Source of the DNA: Octopus sinensis
Lineage: Eukaryota
Direction of reading: 5' to 3'
NCBI RefSeq assembly: GCF_006345805.1
Contig: NC_043005.1
Coordinates: 52,948,001-53,012,000 of the forward strand
Length of the DNA: 64,000 bases
Both the position numbers and the translations under genes were made by a program. The notes beneath the pieces were generated by a model that worked only from the letters and a program-made list of their open reading frames with translations, had not been told where the DNA came from and searched no databases. Shown here piece after piece: positions 25,858 to 37,792 of the stretch (position 1 is the first letter of the stretch; the number at the start of each line of letters is the position of its first letter).

Positions 25858-26231
25858 GACACTGTTTTATAAACGCTGGAGGGATGAAGAAAATAAAGTC
25901 GACCCCAATGGTATTTCAAAAGAGAAATGTGAGTCACGAAACTTAATTATCGTAAAATATATAATCTAGCGCTCAACTGTCGATCTGCACCAATAATACT
26001 AAGTTACAATCATACAACAGGGTCTCACATGAAATATAGTAAGTAGAAGAAAAAAAAAACTTCGATTAACTGAGATTATCTATGCAATTAGTGAACGAAA
26101 ACTACCTCTTGGGCATTTAAATATAAAAACCAATAAGAAAGGAATATAATTCGAATAAAAAAGTTAATCGAAATTTTTGGAAAAAAGAGACTTGGGTGGT
26201 AGATTTCGTTTTGGTGATAGAATACCCTCAC

Positions 26232-26365
26232 CTGACACCTTGGGTGTCCTGAGAGGAGGTTACTGTTTCGAATTCAAGCCAAGTCTCCGGTTTGAGAATA
26301 ACTGCCTTTGGATAACCGCTCTTCGAAGCCTTACAAATGCTCATGTGCAACGCCTTCCCATCTGA
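26232..26365 (-). CDS. Candidate internal exon of an unidentified gene (134 nt)
   Basis: Acceptor tttattttctatcttttag and donor CAG|gtgagg. Phase-0 frame is open: SDGKALHMSICKASKSGYPKAVILKPETWLEFETVTSSQDTQGV. No family recognised. Confidence 0.3.
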
Positions 26366-26398
26366 CTAAAAGATAGAAAATAAATAAATGAACTATAT

Positions 26399-26462
<64 letters not shown>

Positions 26463-26465
<3 letters not shown>

Positions 26466-27312
26466 GGTGCAGTGAATAAACTGTCGTCTAAATTACGCAA
26501 AAATGAAAATAACACTGAAATCTCATTTTAACACATTTATATTTACCAAAATTACATAAAAAATATTTTGAAATATATTAAGGAGTAAATTAATTCTATA
26601 AAATCGCCCATTGGCTCCATCCACGGCCTCCAGACGACTTAGGAATCTCCTGTAACTCTTCTGGACGGCCTCCTTGTTTAAGTTGGTGAATGTTGCCACA
26701 GTCCTTGCCTTCAGTTCATCTTTGGTGTTACAAAGAGTTTTGTTGGTCTCTCGCTCAACTTCGCCCCACGCATAATAATCAAGGAAGTTAGGAGGCCAAA
26801 TGTTAGGGGCGATGTGGTCGCAGAAATTGTCTGACAGCCATGACTGCTTGTGTGACATGGTGCAGAGTCTTGTTGCCAGACAGGGTCTTCCAGCAGCCAC
26901 CCACTTCACCCAGGGCAGCATTACCTCATCCAGGCACTTGATGTAGACCTCCGTATTGAGTCTGAGGCTGTCTGGGAAGATGTATGGAGGCATAACGTCG
27001 CCATCACTAGTGATCACTCCAAACACCATTATGCTGACTGGATGTTTGATTTCTATCACTCTCGGTAGATGTCCTCAGATGGATAGCCAAACACTCTGAA
27101 ATGCTCGCATTGGGGCTTCTGGCGCGAATGCTAAGCAGTACAGCATGTCGTTTCCAATTTTCTGGCAGTTTGAATTGCGTCTTGGTACTGATTTTTTTTT
27201 CACAGACAGTGCCCAACTGAGCCTACTATACTGTGTAGTCGACAAGATCAAAATCAAACCATGCGCATGCGAGAAATCAAAAGTTATAAAATGGTGACAA
27301 TTTGCCCATCGC

Positions 27313-27318
<6 letters not shown>
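26463..27318 (-). mobile_element. Internally deleted maT/DD37D-type Tc1/mariner element
   Basis: KHPVSIMVFGVITSDGDVMPP...WPPN.LDYYAWGEVER...RRFLSRLEAV. The WPPN(SPDCNP)LDY signature points to maT. Degenerate TIRs cagggtgc / gcacccta with (TA)n on both sides. Confidence 0.88.
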
Positions 27319-27381
<63 letters not shown>

Positions 27382-27911
27382 ATTAAGTAAAATAACGGGG
27401 TGTGTTGCTCTACAATATCTATTCCAAAAGTTAGACAGTGAAGGGGAAAAATAGACTGGGCAAAAACATAAAAGGGAGACAAAAACGCGTTACAAGGAAC
27501 ATTCGCAGCTGATTTACTCATCAGTTGGTTTCCCAGACACCTTAAAGATCCTTCCCGAGCCGTAGGCTCATAAGGCCAGTTTCCCGGATTTTGTAGCGAA
27601 TGCATTCTATCCTACTGTGCATGGTACGCCCGTCCGTCACAAGATTACTCGTTTTTGTCAGAAGAATGTACAGGAGCAACGTGACATGAACACAATACAT
27701 CACCCGGCCCAAGGGTCAAAACCCCAATTTTACGACGATGAGTGCAACACCCTAACCACTAAGCCAGCGTATTCGCGCGCGCGCGCGCACGTGCACACAA
27801 ACACAAACATGCACACATATACACACACACATGCAGACATACACACGCTTACACACACACGCACACGCACACACACACAAACACTTGGATGTATGTATGT
27901 ATATATGTATG

Positions 27912-28125
27912 AAGGGAAAGTTTACGAAAATAAACAAAAGACGAAAGCAGGTGGAGTACAAACAAACAAATGTATTAGTATAGCGCTCAGGAATAGAAAT
28001 AGAAAAAGTCTTTTACGTTTCGAGCCTACGCTCTTCGACAGAAAGATACACAGAAAAAACAAAAAAACAAGGAGAGAAACAAGGAGAGAAAAAAATGCGT
28101 GTAGGAGCTAACGATCTATCATGGC
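27912..28125 (-). repeat. Unclassified about 200-bp dispersed repeat (possible Penelope-like tail); second copy at 43482-43670 (+)
   Basis: The two copies align nearly end to end, including gaagagcgtaggctcgaaacgtaaaagac. Confidence 0.8.
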
Positions 28126-28425
28126 TGCATGGATGTATGTGTGCGTATGTATGTATATGTGTATGTTTGTTTGTATTATATGCATGCATGCATATATATC
28201 TGCATACATGTATGTATATTTGTCTGTATATATGTTGTATGTATGCATGTGTGTATTTATATCTGTATGTATGATTTTTCTTTGAGTTTATTTAATTTCT
28301 TAAGTAGGTCCAAGTCGGTCTCTAACAAAGCGACTCGACATTTTGCGTTAAGAGACTTCTCGGTTTTTGTAAATATGTGGTCGAGTTGGGTGTTGGTTGG
28401 ACATATATGAATCTATGTTTGTATT

Positions 28426-28834
28426 TATTCTTTTATTTGTTTCAGTCATTTGACGGCGGCCATGCTGGAGCACCGCCTTTAGTCGAGCAAATCAACACCA
28501 GAACTTATTCTTTGGAAGCCTAGTTCTTATTATATCGGTCACTTTTACCGAACCGCTAAGTTACGGGGACGTGAACACACCAACATCTGTTGTCAAGCGA
28601 TGGGGGGGGGACAAATACAGACATACAAACATACACACACACTCATTCACACACACACACACACACATATACGACGGCTTTCTTTCAGTTTCCGTCTACC
28701 AAATCTACTCACAAGTCTTTGGTCGGCCCGGGGCTATAGTTGAAGACACTTGCCCAAGGTGCCACTCAGTGGTATTGAACCCAGACCCATTAGGTTGGTA
28801 AGCAAGCTACTTACCACACAGCCACTCCTGCGCC
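28426..28834 (-). mobile_element. SINE-B, full length
   Basis: Both modules and short internal CA tract. Confidence 0.94.
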
Positions 28835-28924
28835 TATTACCAGATTTCTTTGTGTATCCTTAAATTTAGAAGTGTGTAGTGGATATAGGTGTGGGGTGGG
28901 GTATAATGGAGCATATGATAAAAC

Positions 28925-29400
28925 AACAATGTTGCTGTGTTGGCAGTGATGATGATGATGATGGCGATTGTGATGGTAAAGGTGGTGGCAGTGGTGGTGG
29001 TGATGATGCGGGCATGATGGTGACGAAGACGACGATTTGGTTTATCGTAATAATAACGACGACGACGACGACGAGGAGGTGGAGGAGGAGGAAGAGGAAG
29101 AAGGGGAGAGGAAGGAGGAGGAGGAGAGCAAAAAAGAAGAGAAGGAAAATTGGGATGGCGATGATGATGATGATGATGATGATGTTCTTAATTACGACGA
29201 CGATGACAATGACGATAATGCTGCTGCTGCTGCTGCTGCTGGTGATGGTGTTGATAATGTCTTTGGTGGCGATGATGACGACGACGATGATGATGTTGTT
29301 TTTAATGAGAACGACGACGGTAACGACGATGACGATGACGACGATGACGATGACGATGATGACGATGTTTTTATGATGACGACAACGGTGATGATGTCGT
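28925..29400. repeat. Compound trinucleotide tract (GAT/GAC/GAG/GCT/GGT)
   Basis: Directly visible; gives low-complexity ORFs in several frames. Confidence 0.93.
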
Positions 29401-29802
29401 GACAGTAATGAAGTCATTACTGTGTGACAAAAGGTTTGTTTGGTCATAGATAATTGTGTTTGGTTACAGACAATTTCTTTTTCTACATTTTTTTTTTCAT
29501 TCATCTCAACAGCATCTAGCTGAACTTGTTGATAACAAGCATCAAATAGAGATATTTACAACAGCGTGAAGGACTTGACAAAAACTGAAAAAAAAAAAAA
29601 AGAAAAACCCCAAAATTCTTTTCATATCGTTTTGTTTTTTTTCTTTTAACTGCCGCTACTAATAATAATTGTTTCAAATTTTTCCAAAAGGGAAGCAATT
29701 TGGGAGAGAGGATCAGTCGATTATATCGACCTCTTTGTTCAACTGATACTTATTTTATCGACTCCGAAAGGATGAAAGGTAAAGTCGACCTTGGTACTTA
29801 GG

Positions 29803-30890
29803 AAAATGAGCCTGGGGTACCAACTAAAGGGAAAATCCTAAACAATCAGCTGCCCCCTCTTCACGGATGATTTGAAACTGCGTGGCAAAGATGAAACACG
29901 ATCCACTGTTCAAGCACTGATATTAGAATAGAATTTGGACTCGAGAAGTGCAGAGTAATCTACCTAAAAGAGGCGAGGTAAGTTCCTAACAGGGATAGAA
30001 TTACCGAACAGAGACTTGATTAAACAAATTGAAACGGAAGGCGACAAATACCTGGAGATGGAAAAGACGGAGAAACTGAGGATGGAGTATTTCCGATGAC
30101 TGAGGTGATTACGCTCAAAATTGACCGGATGGTATAAAATCCAAGCAGTTAATACGTGGGCGATAGCATTACTCCGGATTGGAGCGGGAATTATAAAATG
30201 GTAAAAGAGGGAAATGAAGAAAATGGATACCAAGACCAGAAAAATGTTGACAGTACACGGAGCTTTCCACCCTAAGGGTGACACCGATCCTCTGTACTTG
30301 TCCAGAAGAAAGGGTGGGAGAGTTTTGATTTGTTGCCAGGGCTGTATGGAAGCAGAGGGAAAACAGTTTAGGATGGTACATAAAAAAATGCCATGGAGCC
30401 CCTGTTGAAACACACGAAGAAGGCCGGTGTTATCAACTCTGAAAATTGCGTAACTAAAGAAAAATTTAAACAAGAAATGAACCAAAATAAAAAATGCATG
30501 GAAGGAAAAGAAATTGTACGGTCAGTTTGCAAGAGATGTGAACGCAAAGACAAATACGGAGGACAACAGGATCAATGTGAAAAAATAAACAACTGTGACG
30601 ATTTGAAGTAGGAAATACGAAGGTTGTGGTCAATGAGGAGAGTAGACGTGATACCAATAGTAATTGGTGCACTTGGAAGTATCAGCACTCAACTACCAAC
30701 ATGGCTCAAAAAGATTGGTGCAAGTGTGAATGTAGAACACCGACAAGAATCAGTATTGCTTGGAACCGCAAGAATTCTTCGCAGAGGTCTTGAAGCATGA
30801 CCAGTAAACAAGTGCCACCTTAGTCTGCTGGCTGTAGACAGCTGACACTTTCCATCATAGTCAGCAAAATAAGCTGTGAGTTTTCATATA
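29803..30890 (+). mobile_element. R4/Dong-type (RLE) non-LTR retrotransposon, decayed and internally deleted 3' part
   Basis: Frame-broken LFTDDLKL (RT), IEFGLEKC, KIQAVNTWAIALL, MDTKTRKMLTVHGAFHPKGDTDPLYLSRRKGGR and VIPIVIGALG...LLGTARILRRGLE*, followed by a 3' UTR running into TAA/CAA repeats. Confidence 0.88.
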
Positions 30891-30958
30891 GTAATAATAA
30901 GAACAACAACAATAACAGCAGCAGCAGCAGCAGCAGCAGAAGCACCACCACCACCACC

Positions 30959-31011
<53 letters not shown>

Positions 31012-31074
31012 AACCAACAACAACAACAACAGTCAGTAGGAAAGCGAAAAGATAAATATATATAAATATTGAAA

Positions 31075-31340
31075 ATGAAGAACATGAAGATAGTGTCAAT
31101 TATTGTTGGATCCTTGGAACAGTACCAGAAAGTATCAAGGGGAATATATAAAAAGTTGGAATAGAGTGTTCAGTAGAACTGTTACAAGAGGTTTGCCTCC
31201 TTGGCATGGCCAGAATAATCAGGAAAGTATTAAATTCTGAAAAGAATGGATAGAATGGTACCGTAGGCTGCAGGTAGTAAGCCCGTTACGCATGCAAGAC
31301 TCCAGGAGCTCCAACAAAACCTGTGATGAATAAAAAAAAA
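31075..31340 (+). mobile_element. Second R4/Dong-type 3' end (different subfamily)
   Basis: IVSIIVGSLG.VP...VELLQEVCLLGMARIIRKVLN* plus 3' UTR. Confidence 0.75.
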
Positions 31341-31364
31341 GTAAAAAATAAAAAAATAATAGTA

Positions 31365-31763
31365 GCTTCAAATTTTGGCACAAGGCCAGCAATTTCAGGG
31401 GCGGCTATAAGTAGATTACATTGACCCAGTGCTCAACTGGTACTTATTTTATCGACTCCGAAACGACGAAGGACAACTTTGAACTTGCCGTAATTTGAAT
31501 CCAGAACGTAAAGATGGACGAAATGCTGCTAATTTTGCCGAATTTTTACTTTTTTGTTGTTTAAGTTATTAGATTGTGGCCATGCTGGAACACCGCATCG
31601 AATTTTTTTAGTCGAACGAATCGACTCCAAGACTTTATTTTTTTTTAGTGCCTTGTATTTATTCTAGCGACCACTTTTGTCGATACGCTAAGTTACGGGG
31701 ACATGATCACACCAACACCGGTTGTCAAGTGGTGGTGAGGGACAAACACTTACACACATACGC

Positions 31764-31800
<37 letters not shown>

Positions 31801-32050
31801 AACACAAACACATACACACATATGAATATATAGTTGGGAAGCAAACTTCTTGCCACACAGCCGCATAACAACAACAGTGTGGAGGTGCAATGGCCCAGTG
31901 GTTAGGACAGCGGACTCGCGGTCGTAAGAACGCGGTTTCAATTCCCAGACCATTGTGGGTGTTTATTGAGCAAAAACACCTAAGCTCCACGAGGCTCCGG
32001 CGGGGGTGGGTGGTGAACCCCGCTGTTCTCTTTCACCACAACTTTCTCGC
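31365..32050. mobile_element. SINE cluster: A (-) 31365-31540, B (-) 31545-31865, C-like head (+) 31878-32050
   Basis: Diagnostic motifs of each family in sequence. Confidence 0.8.
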
Positions 32051-33128
32051 ACTCTTTCTTCCTACTTCTGCCACAAAGCAAAAGAACCATGGTGTAACCC
32101 ACTACGGTGTGGTAAACTTTCAGATCCTAGTCTAGATTGCGAATCCTCTGTACCCCAGGATGGTTCAGCTCTCCACCCGTTAAAAGCCACCGTTTATGGA
32201 TTGAGGATAACAACGTAGCTTTCACGCCCGTGCAACCGCCAGTCTATCGTGTGTGGTGGGTGGATCTTCAAGTTGCCACACGCATTCTTAGTAGCTTAGA
32301 GTAGGCTCGAATTGGAGATTGTTCTTTGTGGCTAATGGTGTGAATCTTGATTGGAAGAAGACGAAGAAGAAGACAACAACAGTAATAACACAACAACAAC
32401 AACAACAGCAATAGAAGAAAGGGTTTGAAGCTTTTTCCTTTGCAGCTTGCGAATTTAAACCATGAAGTAATAGTTAAACCATGCAATAAATATATAGAGG
32501 CAAAAGAGAAAAAAACATTTATCTCTCAATTGCACTCTGTCTTGTAATTATATAGAGATTATAAGCAAAAACAACAGAAAGTTTACCATATTCATGGAAT
32601 TATCATGAAGTAGAATTACGATCTGGCCTTCATTGAATCATCAGTGTTGGCCATGCTAATCATACCCTTTCAACTTGTTTTGACGCGAACAAAAACACGA
32701 ACCATTTTTATCACAGACGTTGTTGCTTGCTTGCTTGCTTGTCTTTTGCAATTAAATGTCTCGAATTTGTTTGTGACGGTGTTGAAAAACAAATCTTTGT
32801 AGATTTCCGAATAGAATTGGAGAAATGTTATATAAGTAATTTTTGGTAAAAAAATAATAAATAAATAAATAAACAACAAAAAAACGAAAGAAAAGACTTG
32901 ACAGTAGATCAAAAGTAACTTCCTACTTAGTATATTAAAACATGACAAGTGCCATAGTGTAGATAGTTAAGTTTCAGGTGGATCGAATATGCGACGCATT
33001 GTTCGAATCTTCGCTCGTATTTTGTCATTTATTTTCTCCATGATAAAACGTAGTGAATGGCTTGTTTCCCAGTTCGAACATGCCTCAGACATATTTGAAC
33101 TGGTAATAACATTGCATTTATACATATA

Positions 33129-33362
33129 TATTTCTTTACTACCCACAAGGGGCAAAACATAGAGGGGACAAACAAGGACAGACATAGGTATTAAGTCGAT
33201 TACATCGACCCCAGTGCGTAACTGGTACTTATTAAATCGACCCCGAAAGGATGAAAGGCAAAGTCGACATCGGCGGAATTTGAACTCAGAACGCAACGAC
33301 AGACGCAATACCGCTAAGCATTTCACCCGGAGTGCTAACGTTTCTGCCAGCTCGCCGCCTTA
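33129..33362 (-). mobile_element. SINE-A, full length with 14-bp TSD (long-tail subfamily)
   Basis: TSD catttatacatata at 33115-33128 and 33363-33376; 3' end reads agtaaagaaata. Confidence 0.96.
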
Positions 33363-33433
33363 CATTTATACATATAACTGCTTAGCACTCCACTCCGTAA
33401 TTTTATTTACTTACAGTAATTCACCGCATGTGG

Positions 33434-33660
33434 AGGCATCATGATCGTAAGATTGTGGTTTCGATTCCTGGACCGGGCGACGCGTTGTGTTCTTGAGAGC
33501 AAAACACTTCCTTTTTTTTACGTTGCTCTAGTCCACTCAACTAGCAAAAATGAGTAATCCTGCGACGGACCGGCGTCCCGTCCAGGTGGGGAATTTTCTA
33601 CGCCGCTGAAACCGGGAAACCGGGCCCATGAGTCTGGCTAGGCTTTAAAAGGGCGCATTT
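33434..33660 (+). mobile_element. SINE-C-related variant
   Basis: ggtttcgattcctggaccgggcg...cctgcgacggaccggcgtcccgtccagg...gaaaccgggaaaccgg. Confidence 0.85.
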
Positions 33661-34022
33661 AATTTAATCCCCCGCATAGCGCTATGAGTCATGGTACGGT
33701 GACTGAAATAGTGTAAGAGAAACAACCTCTTCGATCTGTTCGTAGTGTCACCTGTCTGGTATCTGTGACTGAAGAGAAGATAACCACTCCAAAATGCTGG
33801 CATCGCACAGTCTAAGTAGGTAGCGCTGCGAACTCATCTAGGTGTATCCATACCATTTATCTACAGCAAGAAATTTTCTCCTTGACAAAACATAGTGAAT
33901 GGCTTGTTCCCTAGTTCGAACGTTCCTCAAGCATATTTGAACTTGTAGTAACAGAATTTCGCATTTATTAATATAGATAATATGGAATTTAGAACCGAAG
34001 CTTTGTTTTCCTTTGCATTAAA

Positions 34023-34430
34023 GGCGTAGGAGTGGCTGTGTAGTAAGTAGCTTGCTTACGAACCACATGGTTCAGGGTTCAGTCCCACTGTTCGGCACCT
34101 TGGACAAGTATCTTCTACTATAGCCTCGGGCCGGCCAAAGCCTTGTGAGTGAATTTGGTAGACGAAAACTGAAAGAAGCTCGTCGTATATATATATGTAT
34201 GTATGTGTATATGTTTGTGTATCTGTGTTTGTCCCCCCCCCCCCCAACATCGCTGGACAACCGATGCTGGTGTGTTTACGTGCCCGTAACTTAGCGATTC
34301 GGCAAAAGAGACCGATAGAATAAGTACTAGGCTTACAAATAATAAGTCCTGGGGTCGATTTGCTCGACTAAAGGCGGTGCTCCAGCATGGCCACAGTCAA
34401 ATTACTGAAACAAGTAAAAGAGTAAAAGAG
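34023..34430 (+). mobile_element. SINE-B, full length (reference-quality copy)
   Basis: ggcgtaggagtggctgtg... to ...aagtaaaagagtaaaagag. Confidence 0.96.
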
Positions 34431-34749
34431 TATTACAGGAATTCTTACTTTCATTTTCACTTTTGGATTCTCTGGATATTAAATGATGGTTTCTGATTTA
34501 GGCCCAAGGCTAGGAATTTTTAAGAATGGGTTTGTCCCATTTCATTGACCCTAACACTTGACAGTACACCTCATTTATGGTCCCCGAAGGGCTACGAATA
34601 GTTGTTCATTCAGGGAGGGCGTTGATTTCTTCTCACAGGATATGGATAGGTTCTCTTCTATAATAGATAAGTAATTCTTTTACGGAGAATGTTTCCTCCT
34701 TACAGTTGTATTTTTCACTGTACATTTTTATTTGCTTAATTTTTTATCT

Positions 34750-34841
34750 TTTTTTTTTAATTGTGTCAGTCATTAGATTGTGGCCATGCTGGGGCACCAC
34801 TTTGAAAACGCTTTAGTCGAATGAATCGACACCAGTATTAG

Positions 34842-34879
<38 letters not shown>

Positions 34880-35025
34880 TCTTTTTAGCCTGGTATTTAG
34901 TCTGTCGATCACTTTTGCCAGTCCACAAAGTTGCAGGGGGTATAAGCACACCAAAAGCGGTTGTCGAGTGTTAGTAGGGGACAAACACGGACAGACAGAC
35001 ACACACACACACTCACATATGCACG

Positions 35026-35068
<43 letters not shown>

Positions 35069-35200
35069 ACACACGCGACGGCTTTTTTTTTTCAGTTTCG
35101 GTCTCTCAAATCCACTCACAAGGCTTTGGTCGGCCCGAGGCTATAGCGGAAGACACTTGCCCAAGGTGCCATGCTGAAGGTGCTTCTTACCACACAGCCA
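34750..35200 (-). mobile_element. SINE-B
   Basis: Both modules with internal CA tract and an ATT insertion. Confidence 0.85.
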
Positions 35201-36262
35201 CGTCTGAATCTACAAAGGATTCGCGTAGGGTCTTTTTCCATCTTTTATATTCTTTAAAGAAATCTGCCTATTCCATTCGGTTTCCTGATTTTTGTTGCTA
35301 TAGGTAACTTCCCTCCTCTTGTGCGGTTATGTTTGAAAGAGGGATTTTTAGGTCTCATGGTTCGTTTTTGGCAAGTTTAATTTTTGATTTATACTTTTGT
35401 GTGTTGTTTTACTAAGGATTGGCAAGATCCATGATGTTAGATGTTATAGCTTATATTTCTTTAGGCTTTCTCTTCAGAAAGCCCTTAAATATCTTTTGCT
35501 GCCACATGTGTAGCAGCTAGGCTGTTGCCTTGGATGTGCTAAATATCTGCTGTAATATTTGTCAATGCATTACAAGTGTAAATGAAGGAGTAATTTTCAT
35601 TAGCAATTTTATTTTACCACAACTGTCTAACTTTAAAAAGAAACATAACAAAACAAAGGAGATACTATTACATCTTTTTTTTAAATCGTCAGCATGATAT
35701 AAACTGTGACCTATATCTATATATAAGAAAGGAAGATACTTAAAAGAACGTTGAAAAAGATGTGACCGAAAATCTAAAAATCATCTGAAGAAATTAAAGA
35801 ATCTGAATACTAGAAGAAAAAGGATGTCAAAAATGAGAAATTGTTTATGGGTGATAGAAGGGTCTATACAGATGCGGTATGATAGTGAATCAAATAAAGC
35901 ACAAAACGTTCGCTCATTGGTCATTGGCCACAAAATTTAGGATAACGATGATCACTAGGGACTAGACATAAAACATTGATTGACTGTATAGTTATAAATC
36001 GTTGTTGTGGACACGGACAGGTTAATAGACACCCAAACAAAATAAAACCCCTCCAGTGATGATATTTCGTCACCTGATATCCTATCTCTCTTTCTCAATT
36101 TCCAATTTTCCTTTCAGACATATGTCTCATACTCTATAACTCAAACGTTTTTTCTTGTTATATATTGGAAAAAAAAAGGCATTGTCACAAATAACATCTC
36201 CATTACTTCCATGTATATTTATCATACGCTTTTCATTTTAGACGCTGGTACCTTCAAGAATG

Positions 36263-36560
36263 TTCCTTCTCAAGCCATGCCTGGCTCATAAGGGCCGGTT
36301 TCCCGGTTTCCTTGGTGTATAGGTTCCCCCACCTGGACAGGACGCTGGTCCGTCGCAGGTGAGCTGCAAGATGCAGGAGGAAAGGGTGAGAGAATGTTGT
36401 GGCGAAAGAGTCAGCAGAAGTTGGCCATTACCTTCTGCCGGAGCCGCGTGGAGCTTAGGTGTTTCGCTCATAAACACACACATCGCCCGGTCTGAGATTC
36501 GAACTCGCGAGCACTCGACCGCGAGTCCGCTGCTCTAACCACTAGGCCATGTGCTTCTAC
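36263..36560 (-). mobile_element. SINE-C, full length with 13-bp TSD
   Basis: TSD accttcaagaatg at 36250-36262 and 36561-36573. Confidence 0.96.
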
Positions 36561-37177
36561 ACCTTCAAGAATGGGGCCAATATTAAAAGATTCAACAATT
36601 GTAGGGTACTGTTTTTTAACGACATGGAACTTTAAAGGGTTAGTTTTCATATCAAGACAAAGTCAAAATTCTGTATTAAAGACCAGATTCATGGTTTTAT
36701 TTCCCTGCTGTCTAGGAATGTATATAATAAGCTGTGATCTCTGATCTAAGCTTATTTAACTGAATATATGAATGGATTAAGACAGCGGCCAGTTTCAGCT
36801 TCGCATCAGACATAATACGACCATTTGATGGATTTTATTCGTTTTACTGCGTCAGACATCAGTTTGAAATTAACAGGAAATATTGTTGCTGTTCCTGCTG
36901 CTGCTGTTGTTTGTTGTTGTTGTTGTTCTTGTTGTTGATGCTGATCTTCTTGTTGTTGTTGTTGCTATAGCTTACTTATATTGGGATGGGAAAAGATCGT
37001 CTGCGACGACTTCAGCATAGTTACCTTTCTCGCTCTCTCACGCACGCTCATCTCTTTCTGTCTCACTTTCTTTCTCTATCTCCATCATATACAGCCATAC
37101 ACATAGACACACACTCATACATGAACGTATATATTTGCGTACATGTATACAAACACACACGCGCACTCACAAATCTG

Positions 37178-37208
<31 letters not shown>

Positions 37209-37447
37209 TATGTATACATAAATATATAAGTATGCATATGTATACATGTATATAAAAATATATATATGTATACTTTATATACATTTATATAAATGTAAGC
37301 GTGTATATGTAATTACATATGTACATATATACACACGTAGACGTACTCATGCGCAGAAACATTTACAAGCACGCACGCGTGTAGAGAACCAAGAAAGTAA
37401 TGTTCATAAAAAATGATATATTTATATGCTTGTATCCTTCATTCTTT

Positions 37448-37523
<76 letters not shown>

Positions 37524-37586
37524 ACATACATACATACATTCATACAGACAGACATATATACGTACATATATATATGTATGTTAAAC

Positions 37587-37754
37587 ATAGGCACAGGAGT
37601 GGCTGTGTGGTAAGTAGCTTGCTTACCAACCACATGATTCCGGGTTCAGTCACACTGCGTGGCACCTCAGGCAAGTGCCTTCTACTACAGCCTCGGGCCG
37701 ACCAAAACCTTGTGAGTGGATTTGGTAGACAGAAACTGAAAGAAGCCCGTCGTA

Positions 37755-37792
<38 letters not shown>

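Noticed and set aside
28866-29504. Long acidic/poly-Met/poly-Ile ORFs
   Set aside because: Several frames on both strands are open because of trinucleotide repeats; no domain or splice support.
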